Assembly (NCBI GenBank): GCA_051747885.1
Contig: JBNJGR010000003.1
Location: forward strand, 1-55,446
Origin: Bacteroidota bacterium
GTDB taxonomy: Bacteria; Bacteroidota; Bacteroidia; Bacteroidales; Prolixibacteraceae
Direction of reading: 5' to 3'
Length of the DNA: 55,446 nucleotides
Shown here: positions 28,886-38,390 of the stretch, piece after piece
Layout: the number at the start of each line of letters is the position of its first letter
Position numbering within the stretch: the stretch's first letter is position 1
The notes under the pieces: model-generated
Databases searched by the model: none
The model's input: only the letters and a program-made list of their open reading frames with translations
What the model was told of the DNA's origin: nothing
Position numbers and translations under genes: made by a program

Positions 28886-31849
28886 TTAAAAATTGATGCT
28901 TACTCCCATCATGAAAGTACGAGGACGGGGATAAATGTTGTTGTCAATCCCGTTGCCTACTTCCGGATCGAGTCCTTCATAGTCGGTAATAACCAATACA
29001 TTTTGCACTGTACCGTATAATCTGATATTCATCCGTTCCTGGTAGAAGTTTGAAAAAGTATATCCCAGGCTAATATTATCGAGGCGAACGAAAGAAGCAT
29101 TGCGAATATAATAGTCGGACCAGTATTTTGGATTTTCAAACCCTGAATCGAAAACACTTTCGTTGAGGTTATTTAAAAATCCGGCCGAGTTGTAAAGATT
29201 ATTAAATGTGGCCTGCCCTGACCAAACATTGTTGTACACATAGTTACCAATGTTACCACGTCCGTTAAATGCAAAATCCCAGTTTTTGTAATTTAATTTT
29301 GAAGAAAAACCGAAAAATGCATCGGGTGCCGCTTTTTTGTAGCGGTATTTGTCGTCGTTGGTAATTACGCCGTCACCGTTCCTGTCAACGTATAAACCTT
29401 CAATTGGTGAACCATCCTGATCATAAACCTGTTCGTAAACAAAAAATGAATTGGCCGGATAACCCACACTGTGAATCTGGATATTGTTTCCAACCGCACC
29501 TGAAATTCCTCCCACTTCAACACCAATGTATGTAGGATCATCGTTAGCAGTTAGCTTGGTAATTTTATTTTCGTTATACGAAATATTAAATCCAATATCC
29601 CAGCTAAAATTCTCTTTTGAAACAGGAATGGCATTAATGCTGAATTCGAGCCCTTTATTTTCCAAATCACCAACGTTGGTCAAAATCTGGTTGGTGAGGT
29701 TTGTTCCTGCAGGAACCGGAATGAAGTTAATCAAATCGTCAGTAACCCGGTAGTAAGCATCAATGGCACCGGAAATCCGGTTGTTCAAGAATCCGTAATC
29801 CAGACCAACATTATAAGTGGTTGTTTCTTCCCATTTGATGTTGGCATCGTAACCTTCGGGCCTGATAGTTGTGTAAAACTGGTCGCCAAACTGATAGCGT
29901 GCCTGATTGCCGCTGTAGGTATAACGTGCCATGTAAGGGTAGTCGTTATCCGAAATATTTTGCTGACCGGTTACACCATAACCGAGCCGCAGTTTGAGGT
30001 CGGAAACTGTTTCTGAATCAGCAAGGAAAGATTCTTCGCCAATTTGCCAGGCCAGTGCAACCGATGGGAATAGCCCCCAGCGGGTATCGGGCGAGAACCT
30101 TGATGATCCGTCCTGCCTCACTGTAAATGTGGCGAGGTAACGTTCTTTAAACGTGTAATTCAACCTGCCGAAGAAAGAAACCAGGTAATTTTCAGTTTCG
30201 TAATCGGTGTCTGAAGTAATTTCAGTCTCGCTTGCATTGGCAGTGATTGAAGTGCCAGCTCTCCAGAAATGCTGCCACGAATAACCACCCATAATATCGA
30301 AACGGCTGTCAATGGCATCCACATCTTTCACGTAATTCAGATAGAAATCGAGCAGTGAATTCCGCTTGTCCTGTGTGTACTCGGTATTTTCACCACCGCC
30401 TTTTAATTTATCGTAAGCCCACGGTGCATTCTCGGGAACCAAAATGGTGCCTTCACTGTCGGAAATATCATACCCCATATTCAGATTGGCCCTTAAATCG
30501 GGGAAAAAATGAAAACGGTAATCAATTTCAGCATTTCCGATGCTTCTTCTAACTGTTGACTGATCGTCGCGCATTTGCAGCTGTGCCACCGGGTTCATAT
30601 TGGCAATAGGGATTGGATCGCCGTTTTGCTGCACCCAGGTAAAATATCCGCCATAAGGACTTCCGTTGTAAACCGTTTGCGTGGGGTCGAAACTGGCAGC
30701 AGAACCTATAGCGCCCCTGTTGGCAAAATTGTTATTTACAAGCATTCCTTTCACATTCAGATTCATCCGGAGGTGATCGTCAAAAAACGACGGGTTGATG
30801 CCCAGCGAACCGGTAACCCTTTCCATGCGGTCGGTTTTAAGAATGCCTTCCTGGTTGGAATAGCCAACAGAAGCCCTGAAGGGAAGTTCTTTTATATTCC
30901 CTGTTAAGCTCAGATTATGGTCCTGCCCCAGGGCTGTTTTGTACACCTCATCCTGCCAGTTGGTCGTGGAATTTCCAAGCAGGTTGAGTGCATTCGGGTT
31001 GTTTGCATAACGTTCCTGTACCAGGCTCCTGAACTCATCGGCCGATAACGACGGAACTTCATTATATTTTGCACTTACTGAATAGTATTGATTGTAACTC
31101 ACACTAAGCGGGATTCCTTTCCTTCCTTTTTTGGTGGTGATAATAATCACACCATTGGATGCCCGCGAGCCGTAAATAGCAGTTGCCGATGCATCTTTCA
31201 AAACCGTAAATGTTTCAATATCGCTGGGGTGGATGGAGTTCAACGGGTTTTTCATACCCGAAATGCCATCGTTGTCAACCGGAACGCCGTCGATTACAAT
31301 CAACGGATCGTTACTGGCCGAGAGAGAAGAACCACCGCGGATGCGGATAGTTGAGCCTTCGCCAGGCGAACCACCTCCACTGGTAATTTGCACCCCGGCA
31401 ATTTTACCTGAAACCAGTTCCTGGGGCGAGGTAATGGCCCCCGGGTTGAAATCATCAGTATTAATGGCCTGCACAGAGCCGGTAGCGTCTTCTTTGTTCA
31501 CCTGCCCGTAGCCAATCACCACCACTTCACCCAGGGCCTCAATCGACTGCGCCAGTTGAACACTTAACACATCTTCGGTGCCTACAACAACTTCCTGCGG
31601 CGTGTAGCCAATAAATGAAAACCCAAGTGTTTGGCCAGGTTCCACATCAACCGAAAATTGCCCGTCAACATTTGTAATTGTGCCTTGTGTGGTTCCTTTA
31701 ACCACAATTGTAACGCCAGGTAAAGGTTCGCCGGTTTCAGCATCGCTCACTTCACCTGTTATTGTTTTCTGTTGCGCGTAACCCGTTAAAAAGGTTAAAA
31801 AAGCAACCAAAAACAATAATAATTTTAGGTCTTTTCGAATAATATTCAT
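28886..31849 (-). CDS. susC: SusC-family TonB-dependent transporter
   Basis: GEPLPGVTI, IRIRGGSS, VLKDASATAIYGSRASNGVIIITTK, KWEETT, YPRPRTF..G...F. Confidence 0.97.
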   Translation of the reverse strand: MNIIRKDLKLLLFLVAFLTFLTGYAQQKTITGEVSDAETGEPLPGVTIVVKGTTQGTITNVDGQFSVDVEPGQTLGFSFIGYTPQEVVVGTEDVLSVQLAQSIEALGEVVVIGYGQVNKEDATGSVQAINTDDFNPGAITSPQELVSGKIAGVQITSGGGSPGEGSTIRIRGGSSLSASNDPLIVIDGVPVDNDGISGMKNPLNSIHPSDIETFTVLKDASATAIYGSRASNGVIIITTKKGRKGIPLSVSYNQYYSVSAKYNEVPSLSADEFRSLVQERYANNPNALNLLGNSTTNWQDEVYKTALGQDHNLSLTGNIKELPFRASVGYSNQEGILKTDRMERVTGSLGINPSFFDDHLRMNLNVKGMLVNNNFANRGAIGSAASFDPTQTVYNGSPYGGYFTWVQQNGDPIPIANMNPVAQLQMRDDQSTVRRSIGNAEIDYRFHFFPDLRANLNMGYDISDSEGTILVPENAPWAYDKLKGGGENTEYTQDKRNSLLDFYLNYVKDVDAIDSRFDIMGGYSWQHFWRAGTSITANASETEITSDTDYETENYLVSFFGRLNYTFKERYLATFTVRQDGSSRFSPDTRWGLFPSVALAWQIGEESFLADSETVSDLKLRLGYGVTGQQNISDNDYPYMARYTYSGNQARYQFGDQFYTTIRPEGYDANIKWEETTTYNVGLDYGFLNNRISGAIDAYYRVTDDLINFIPVPAGTNLTNQILTNVGDLENKGLEFSINAIPVSKENFSWDIGFNISYNENKITKLTANDDPTYIGVEVGGISGAVGNNIQIHSVGYPANSFFVYEQVYDQDGSPIEGLYVDRNGDGVITNDDKYRYKKAAPDAFFGFSSKLNYKNWDFAFNGRGNIGNYVYNNVWSGQATFNNLYNSAGFLNNLNESVFDSGFENPKYWSDYYIRNASFVRLDNISLGYTFSNFYQERMNIRLYGTVQNVLVITDYEGLDPEVGNGIDNNIYPRPRTFMMGVSINF

Positions 31850-32017
31850 CGTAATTAAATTATTAATTAGTAAAATTTCACTTTGTCAAATCAGCAGTTT
31901 AGAAACGGCTAAAATCAACATTATACTTCTGTTAACTGCGAGAGCAAAGCAAAAATCCTCGATACAAAATTACTTAATTCTTAACAAATGTTATTTTTTT
32001 TAAACTCCTGAATCAAT

Positions 32018-32041
32018 GCAAACGTTTGCGGTTACGTTTGC
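32018..32041. promoter_or_regulatory. Tandem LacI-family operators
   Basis: Perfect palindrome GCAAACGTTTGC followed directly by GGTTACGTTTGC; a LacI gene is in the locus. Confidence 0.75.
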
Positions 32042-32160
32042 GTCATTTATGTTATAAAACAGGTAGGATCTGGTTGGTAAGTTGGTATAAATCAGAGAAA
32101 TTAAATTTGATCTTTCAAACTGAAATTTGTTTTGGTACTTTTACCGCCAAATTGTAAAAA

Positions 32161-33114
32161 ATGACCGGACATAAATACATAAATACAACAAAAACTGCAA
32201 ATTCTCCAGGTAAACCATTTTTGAAATGGGCTGGCGGAAAAGGCCAGTTGCTGGATATATTTTCAGGATATTACCCAAACGAACTGAAGCAAAACCAGAT
32301 AAAAAACTATTACGAACCCTTTGTTGGCGGAGGAGCTGTTTTTTTTGATATCGTCCGGAAATTTAAAATTGAATCGGCCTTTCTATCCGATATAAACGAG
32401 GAGCTGATTTTGACTTACCAGGTGGTACAGAAAGATGTTTTTAAACTCATGCAACAGCTCGAAGATTTCAGCAAAAAATACCAAAAACTGGACGAAAAAA
32501 GCAGAATTATTTTTTTTTATGAAATCCGGGATGAATTCAACCGCAACAGGCAGCTGGCCGGGTATGAAAAATATTCTGAAAAATGGATAAAGCGGGCAGC
32601 TCAAATTATTTTTCTGAACCGCACCTGTTTCAACGGGCTGTTCAGATTTAACTCAAAAGGCGAGTTTAACGTACCGGCCGGACGTTACAAAAATCCCAAA
32701 ATACTGGATGAAGCAAACCTGAAAAAAGCAGCGTCGCTGCTTTCGATTGCCCAAATCAAAAAAGCTGATTATAATGAATTGAAATTGCAGGTAACCAATC
32801 CTTCGTTTGTTTATTTCGATCCGCCTTACCGCCCTTTAAATAAGACATCGGGTTTTACAGCATACAGCAAAAATAGATTTGGCGACAAACACCAAATTGA
32901 GTTGGCAACCCTCTTTTCTGAATTACATCAAGAAGGGGCAAAAGTTATGCTGAGCAATTCGGACCCAAAAAACATCGATCCCTCTGATGATTTTTTTGAC
33001 CACCTCTATTCCGGATTCCACATTTCGCGCGTTCCTGCACGAAGAGCCATCAATTCAAACGGCCTAAAAAGAAATGCCATTAACGAAATCATCGTCACCA
33101 GTTACCTGGTTTAA
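32161..33114 (+). CDS. dam: DNA adenine methyltransferase, Dam/D12 class, orphan
   Basis: KPFLKWAGGK, YYEPFVGGGAV, LNRTCFNGLFR.N..GEFNVP, FVYFDPPY, MLSNS. Confidence 0.9.
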   Translation: MTGHKYINTTKTANSPGKPFLKWAGGKGQLLDIFSGYYPNELKQNQIKNYYEPFVGGGAVFFDIVRKFKIESAFLSDINEELILTYQVVQKDVFKLMQQLEDFSKKYQKLDEKSRIIFFYEIRDEFNRNRQLAGYEKYSEKWIKRAAQIIFLNRTCFNGLFRFNSKGEFNVPAGRYKNPKILDEANLKKAASLLSIAQIKKADYNELKLQVTNPSFVYFDPPYRPLNKTSGFTAYSKNRFGDKHQIELATLFSELHQEGAKVMLSNSDPKNIDPSDDFFDHLYSGFHISRVPARRAINSNGLKRNAINEIIVTSYLV

Positions 33115-33288
33115 TTTCATCTCATTAAAATTGTTTATCTCATTTGTATTCGATGTAACTCTCAATGTATTTTAATCATCATCATGGGTACAAATGTTTT
33201 ACATGCTCGTTTCAGATTTTTATGAAAATAGCTGTTACTCTCATTTGAATTTGGTAGTTTTAGAAACAGAATTCTAACTTCCTTTAAA

Positions 33289-34302
33289 ATGAAAAGAGCG
33301 CTTGCCACCATAAAAGATATTGCACGGGAACTAAAAGTTTCCCCGTCAACCGTTTCAAGGGCGCTGAAAAACCACCCTGACATTAGTGCAGAAACCAAAA
33401 AGGCGGTAAAAGAACTCGCCAAAAAATTGAACTACCAACCCAATGCAGTGGCACTCAACCTTAAACAGCAAAGAAGCAATACCATCGGCGTTATCATTCC
33501 CGAAATTGTACACTACTTTTTTTCATCGGTTATCAGTGGCATTGAAGATGTGGCATACGATGCCGGAATAAATGTTATCATTTGCCAGTCGAACGAAAGG
33601 TACGACCGCGAGGTTGCCAATGTAAAAACGCTGCTGGCTAACCAGGTAGATGGAATTCTGATGTCGGTTTCGAAAGAGACACAGGATTTTAAACACCTCG
33701 AAAATATTCGCGAGAACCAGGTACCCCTTGTTTTTTACGACCGCGTTGTTCCGGGATTTATTACAGACCAGGTTATTATCGACGACTTTGAAGCAGCCTA
33801 CCAGGCAACAAAACACCTGACCGATTCAGGCAGGAAAAAAATTGCTCATTTTGCAGGGCCGCAAAATCTGTTGCTCGGACGTCAGCGAAAAGCCGGGTAC
33901 CAGAAAGCCATTAACGAGGCCGGGTTTACAACCGGCGATGAACTGATTTTCAATGCCGATAATTTTGAAAAAGCTCACCTGACAGTTTTGGACATTCTGA
34001 ACAAAAAAACAGAAATTGACGGTCTTTTTGCCGTTAACGATCTTACAGCCATCGGGGCCATGAAAACACTTTTAAAGCATGGGTTGGAAATTCCGGAAGA
34101 CGTGGCAATCGTTGGTTTTTCCGATGGCAGGCTTTCAGGAATTACCGATCCGTCATTAACTTCCGTCGATCAGCACGGTTACGAAATGGGCTCTGCTGCC
34201 ACTGAGATGCTGCTCAGGCGAATTACTTCCCCAAAAGATTACCCGGCCGAAACAAGAATTTTGAACGCCAATCTTATTGTCAGGGAATCGTCAGTCATCT
34301 AA
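33289..34302 (+). CDS. LacI-family transcriptional regulator (probable maltose repressor)
   Basis: TIKDIARELKVSPSTVSRAL, LNYQPN, PSLTSVDQ. Confidence 0.95.
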   Translation: MKRALATIKDIARELKVSPSTVSRALKNHPDISAETKKAVKELAKKLNYQPNAVALNLKQQRSNTIGVIIPEIVHYFFSSVISGIEDVAYDAGINVIICQSNERYDREVANVKTLLANQVDGILMSVSKETQDFKHLENIRENQVPLVFYDRVVPGFITDQVIIDDFEAAYQATKHLTDSGRKKIAHFAGPQNLLLGRQRKAGYQKAINEAGFTTGDELIFNADNFEKAHLTVLDILNKKTEIDGLFAVNDLTAIGAMKTLLKHGLEIPEDVAIVGFSDGRLSGITDPSLTSVDQHGYEMGSAATEMLLRRITSPKDYPAETRILNANLIVRESSVI

Positions 34303-34328
34303 AAAAATGAAATTATTTTTTGCTTCTC

Positions 34329-34341
34329 CGCAAACGTTTGA
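34329..34341. promoter_or_regulatory. LacI-family operator upstream of the MFS-GH65-GH13 operon
   Basis: CGCAAACGTTTGA, same core as 32018-32029. Confidence 0.7.
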
Positions 34342-34526
34342 AATAACTATTCAAGCTTCAAAGCTACCATTTTCAGCCTGTTGGAAAATCTAAAATATTT
34401 GTTTTTTTAAGAATTTATGCCGTATATTTGATTTGGCTTATCACATTATACTTCTTATCTGCAACACAGCAAATCTCCCAAAATGTAATTCTTTACATTA
34501 CAACTATTTAACTTAAATATTGAATT

Positions 34527-36041
34527 ATGAGTAAGAAACCTACGCTCAGCTTTTGGCAGATCTGGAATATGAGTTTCGGTTTTCTGGGCATTCAGTTTGG
34601 TTTTGCATTGCAAAATGCCAATGTCAGCCGTATATTTGAAACGCTGGGGGCCGAGGTAGAAAATATTCCCATTTTGTGGATTGCCGCTCCGGTAACCGGG
34701 CTGGTTATTCAGCCAATAGTTGGCCACATGAGCGATAAAACATGGACCCGCCTCGGACGCCGACGTCCCTATTTTTTGGTTGGGGCTATTTTTGCCTCAC
34801 TGGCACTTATTATGATGCCCAATTCCCCTGCATTGTGGATAGCGGCCGGAATGCTATGGATAATGGATGCCTCACTCAATATTTCCATGGAACCGTTCCG
34901 TGCGTTTGTGGGGGATATGCTGCCCCACGAACAGCGCACCCGGGGTTTTGCCATGCAAAGCTTTTTTATTGGAACCGGTGCTGTAGTAGGCTCGCTGCTT
35001 CCTTATGTTATGACAAACTGGCTGAACATCCCCAACACTGCTCCCGAGGGAGTTATTCCGCCATCGGTAAGATGGTCGTTTTACATAGGTGCATTCGTAT
35101 TTTTACTTGCCATTGTTTGGACCATAATTTCTACTAAAGAATACCCGCCCGAAAAAATGCGGGAATACGAAAAGGATGAAAGAGAAACCAACCAGGTGGG
35201 ATTAGATTATAACGAGGATCCTGTTCCAAAGCAAAAATTCATTTCGCTGGGAGGTATTTTCGGAATTATCGGACTGGCAATTGTGTTGCTGGCTTACTTC
35301 TTTGGGCTGAAAAAAGAGCTTTACATTTTGGGTGGGCTAATGATTGCTTTTTTTGTGCTGATGCTTTTGGCTTACTTCCTGAAGACAAAAAACCGGGAGA
35401 AAAATGGACTGATTGAAATATTTTCAGATTTAATCCGCATGCCCGCCACCATGAAACAATTGGCGGTGGTGCAATTCTTTTCGTGGATGGCACTTTTTGC
35501 CATGTGGATATACACAACAGCTGGTGTTACCAGCCACTTATACCTCACTACTGACACTACATCGCTGGAATATAACACGGGCGCCGACTGGGTGAATGTA
35601 CTCTTTGCCATTTACAACGGTGTGGCCGCACTGGTGGCCTTTTCGCTGCCGGTACTGGCAAAATACACCAGCCGCAAAACCACGCATTTTATCTGCTTAA
35701 TGATTGGCGGAATCGGAATGGCCTCCATACTTCTGTTCAAAAACCCCGCTCTGCTCATTATTCCAATGATTGGAATCGGCATTGCCTGGGCAAGTATTTT
35801 GTCGATGCCCTACGCGATTTTAACTGGCTCGCTACCCTCGCACAAAATGGGAATTTACATGGGAATTTTCAATTTTTTTATTGTGATCCCGCAAATTCTG
35901 GCCGCTACCATTTTAGGATTTCTTGTCAAAAATCTTTTTGAAGGAAGAACTATTCTGGCGCTTGTTTTTGGCGGTGTTTCAATGATTATTGCTGCAATAA
36001 CAGTTCTGTTTGTTAAAGATGTAGCCGCAGGTGAAAAATAG
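34527..36041 (+). CDS. Maltose/maltodextrin MFS transporter
   Basis: FWQIWNMSFGFLGIQFGFALQ, GRRRPYF, GIYMGIFNFFIVIPQ. Confidence 0.9.
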   Translation: MSKKPTLSFWQIWNMSFGFLGIQFGFALQNANVSRIFETLGAEVENIPILWIAAPVTGLVIQPIVGHMSDKTWTRLGRRRPYFLVGAIFASLALIMMPNSPALWIAAGMLWIMDASLNISMEPFRAFVGDMLPHEQRTRGFAMQSFFIGTGAVVGSLLPYVMTNWLNIPNTAPEGVIPPSVRWSFYIGAFVFLLAIVWTIISTKEYPPEKMREYEKDERETNQVGLDYNEDPVPKQKFISLGGIFGIIGLAIVLLAYFFGLKKELYILGGLMIAFFVLMLLAYFLKTKNREKNGLIEIFSDLIRMPATMKQLAVVQFFSWMALFAMWIYTTAGVTSHLYLTTDTTSLEYNTGADWVNVLFAIYNGVAALVAFSLPVLAKYTSRKTTHFICLMIGGIGMASILLFKNPALLIIPMIGIGIAWASILSMPYAILTGSLPSHKMGIYMGIFNFFIVIPQILAATILGFLVKNLFEGRTILALVFGGVSMIIAAITVLFVKDVAAGEK

Positions 36042-36073
36042 ATTTTTTCCTGCGGAAAACTAAAAAATTAAAA

Positions 36074-38389
36074 ATGAAGGACTTTATCATTCACCACGAA
36101 TGGAAAATTATAGAAGAGGGTTTCAATCCTGAAAACAACCGGATTTCCGAAAGTATTTTCAGTATTGGAAACGGCAAAATGGGTCAGCGTGCCAATTTTG
36201 AAGAAAACTACTCAGGCGACTCCTTGCAAGGCACTTACATCGCCGGAATCTATTATCCCGACAAAACCCGCGTAGGCTGGTGGAAAAACGGATACCCGAA
36301 GTACTTTGACAAAATCATCAACTCCACTAACTGGATTGGAATTGATATTCTGATTGATGGCGAAACACTCGATTTGGCCAAAATGGAAATTGAAAAATTC
36401 AGGCGCGAGCTCGACATGAAAACGGGAGTGCTTTCCCGAAGTTTTGTGGCCACAATGCCCGGCGGACAAAAAGTGGAAGTAAAATCCACGCGCTTTGTCA
36501 GCATCGATGATACTGAAATTGGAGCCATCCGCTACTCGGTGAAAGCGCTGAACTTTTCGGGCGAAATTACGGTTGCTCCCTACCTCGACGGCAACGTTAA
36601 AAATGAAGACGCCAATTACGATGAAAAATTCTGGACCGAAATCTCCAAAGAAATAAAGGCAGAAGAAGGTTACCTCACACTCGAAACCCTGAAAACCCGT
36701 TTCCAGGTTACCACCGGAATGTGGTTCAGCATTCTGAAAAATAATGAAAAAGTTACGGGAAAACCCGAAAATGCTATCCTTGAAAAATACATCGGGGCGT
36801 CGCAAAAAATTCAGGTTAAAAAAGGAGACGAAATAACCATTGAAAAACTGGCAGCAACGGTTTCATCGTTAAATCACCCCAAAAAACAACTTGTTCCGCA
36901 GGCAAAAAAAGCTGTAAAAAGGGCTGCTGCAGCCGGGTTCGCCAATCTTTTTGAAAAGCACAAAAACAAGTGGCTGAAAAAATGGGAAACCAGCGACATT
37001 AAAATTGAAGGCGACATTGCAGCGCAACAGGGAATCCGGTACAATATTTTTCAGTTGAACCAGACTTACACCGGTGAAGACGAACGGTTAAACATTGGCC
37101 CCAAAGGATTTACCGGCGAAAAATATGGCGGTGTAACTTACTGGGATACTGAAGCATTTTGTCTTCCATTTTACCTGAGTACTGCCCCAACAGAGGTGCC
37201 GAGAAATTTGTTGCTCTACAGGCACAAGCATTTACATAAGGCCATAGAAAATGCCGGAAAATTAGGTTTTAACTGCCAGGCGGCCCTTTACCCAATGGTA
37301 ACCATCAACGGCGAAGAGTGTCACAACGAATGGGAAATTACGTTTGAGGAAATTCACCGCAACGGCGCCATTGCTTACGCCATTTTTAATTATGTGAATT
37401 ATACCGGCGATAAAGAATACCTTGCACCCTACGGATTTGAGGTACTTCTGGCCATTAGCCGTTTCTGGAGCCAGAGGGTGAACTGGTCGGAGGAAAAGCA
37501 AAAATTTGTAATGCTGGGCGTAACCGGCCCCAACGAATACGAAAACAACATCAACAATAACTTCCACACCAATTACATTGCCGTCTGGACACTGAAATAC
37601 ACGCTGGAAATCATCGACTACCTGAAAAAAGAGTTCCCGTTTCTGTTTGAAGAATTGATTAAGAAATGGAAATTCAACGAACTCACGGAGACTGCCCGCT
37701 GGAAGAATATCATCGAAAAAATGTATTTCCCGTTTGATAAAAAAGAAATGTTTTTTTTACCGCAGGACGGGTTTTATGATAAAGTGCTGCAGCCGGCTTC
37801 GGAACTTCCTGATGAGGAACGCCCCATCAATCAAAAATGGTCGTGGGACCGGATTCTGCGTTCGTGCTATATCAAACAGGCCGATACGCTACTAAGCCTG
37901 TTCTGGTTCGAAAACGATTTTTCAGCAGCTGATTTGAAACGGCATTTTGATTTTTACGAACCACTAACAGTTCACGAATCGTCACTTTCACCCTGCGTGC
38001 ATTCCATTCTGGCAGCCAAGATCGGGGACGAAAAAAAATCGTACGAAATGTACCTGCGCACTGCCCGCCTCGATTTGGACGATTACAACAACGACACCGA
38101 CGACGGATTGCACATCACCAGCATGGGCGGCACCTGGATGTCGGTTGTGTTAGGATTTGGCGGAGTTCGCGTAAAAAACAACCGGCTCGTTTTCAATCCC
38201 TTTCTGCCCAAAAAATGGAAGGCCTATTCTTTCAGAATCGATTTCAGGGGAGCCCACTTAAAAGTTACCATGAATAAAAACGGCTTTTCCATTGAAAACC
38301 TTTCCAATGAAAAAGTTTGGGTTCAGGTTTGGAACGAACAAACTGAAATTAAAAGCAACGAACATGTAAAATTTAAAAACACAAAATAA
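36074..38389 (+). CDS. Maltose phosphorylase (GH65)
   Basis: ESIFSIGNG, GPKGFTGEKYGG.TYWDTE, GVTGPNEYE, IKQAD, HESSLS. Confidence 0.92.
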   Translation: MKDFIIHHEWKIIEEGFNPENNRISESIFSIGNGKMGQRANFEENYSGDSLQGTYIAGIYYPDKTRVGWWKNGYPKYFDKIINSTNWIGIDILIDGETLDLAKMEIEKFRRELDMKTGVLSRSFVATMPGGQKVEVKSTRFVSIDDTEIGAIRYSVKALNFSGEITVAPYLDGNVKNEDANYDEKFWTEISKEIKAEEGYLTLETLKTRFQVTTGMWFSILKNNEKVTGKPENAILEKYIGASQKIQVKKGDEITIEKLAATVSSLNHPKKQLVPQAKKAVKRAAAAGFANLFEKHKNKWLKKWETSDIKIEGDIAAQQGIRYNIFQLNQTYTGEDERLNIGPKGFTGEKYGGVTYWDTEAFCLPFYLSTAPTEVPRNLLLYRHKHLHKAIENAGKLGFNCQAALYPMVTINGEECHNEWEITFEEIHRNGAIAYAIFNYVNYTGDKEYLAPYGFEVLLAISRFWSQRVNWSEEKQKFVMLGVTGPNEYENNINNNFHTNYIAVWTLKYTLEIIDYLKKEFPFLFEELIKKWKFNELTETARWKNIIEKMYFPFDKKEMFFLPQDGFYDKVLQPASELPDEERPINQKWSWDRILRSCYIKQADTLLSLFWFENDFSAADLKRHFDFYEPLTVHESSLSPCVHSILAAKIGDEKKSYEMYLRTARLDLDDYNNDTDDGLHITSMGGTWMSVVLGFGGVRVKNNRLVFNPFLPKKWKAYSFRIDFRGAHLKVTMNKNGFSIENLSNEKVWVQVWNEQTEIKSNEHVKFKNTK

Positions 38390-38390
38390 T

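Noticed and set aside
32161-33114. Restriction-modification system or prophage remnant
   Set aside because: No endonuclease, second methylase, integrase or phage gene adjacent
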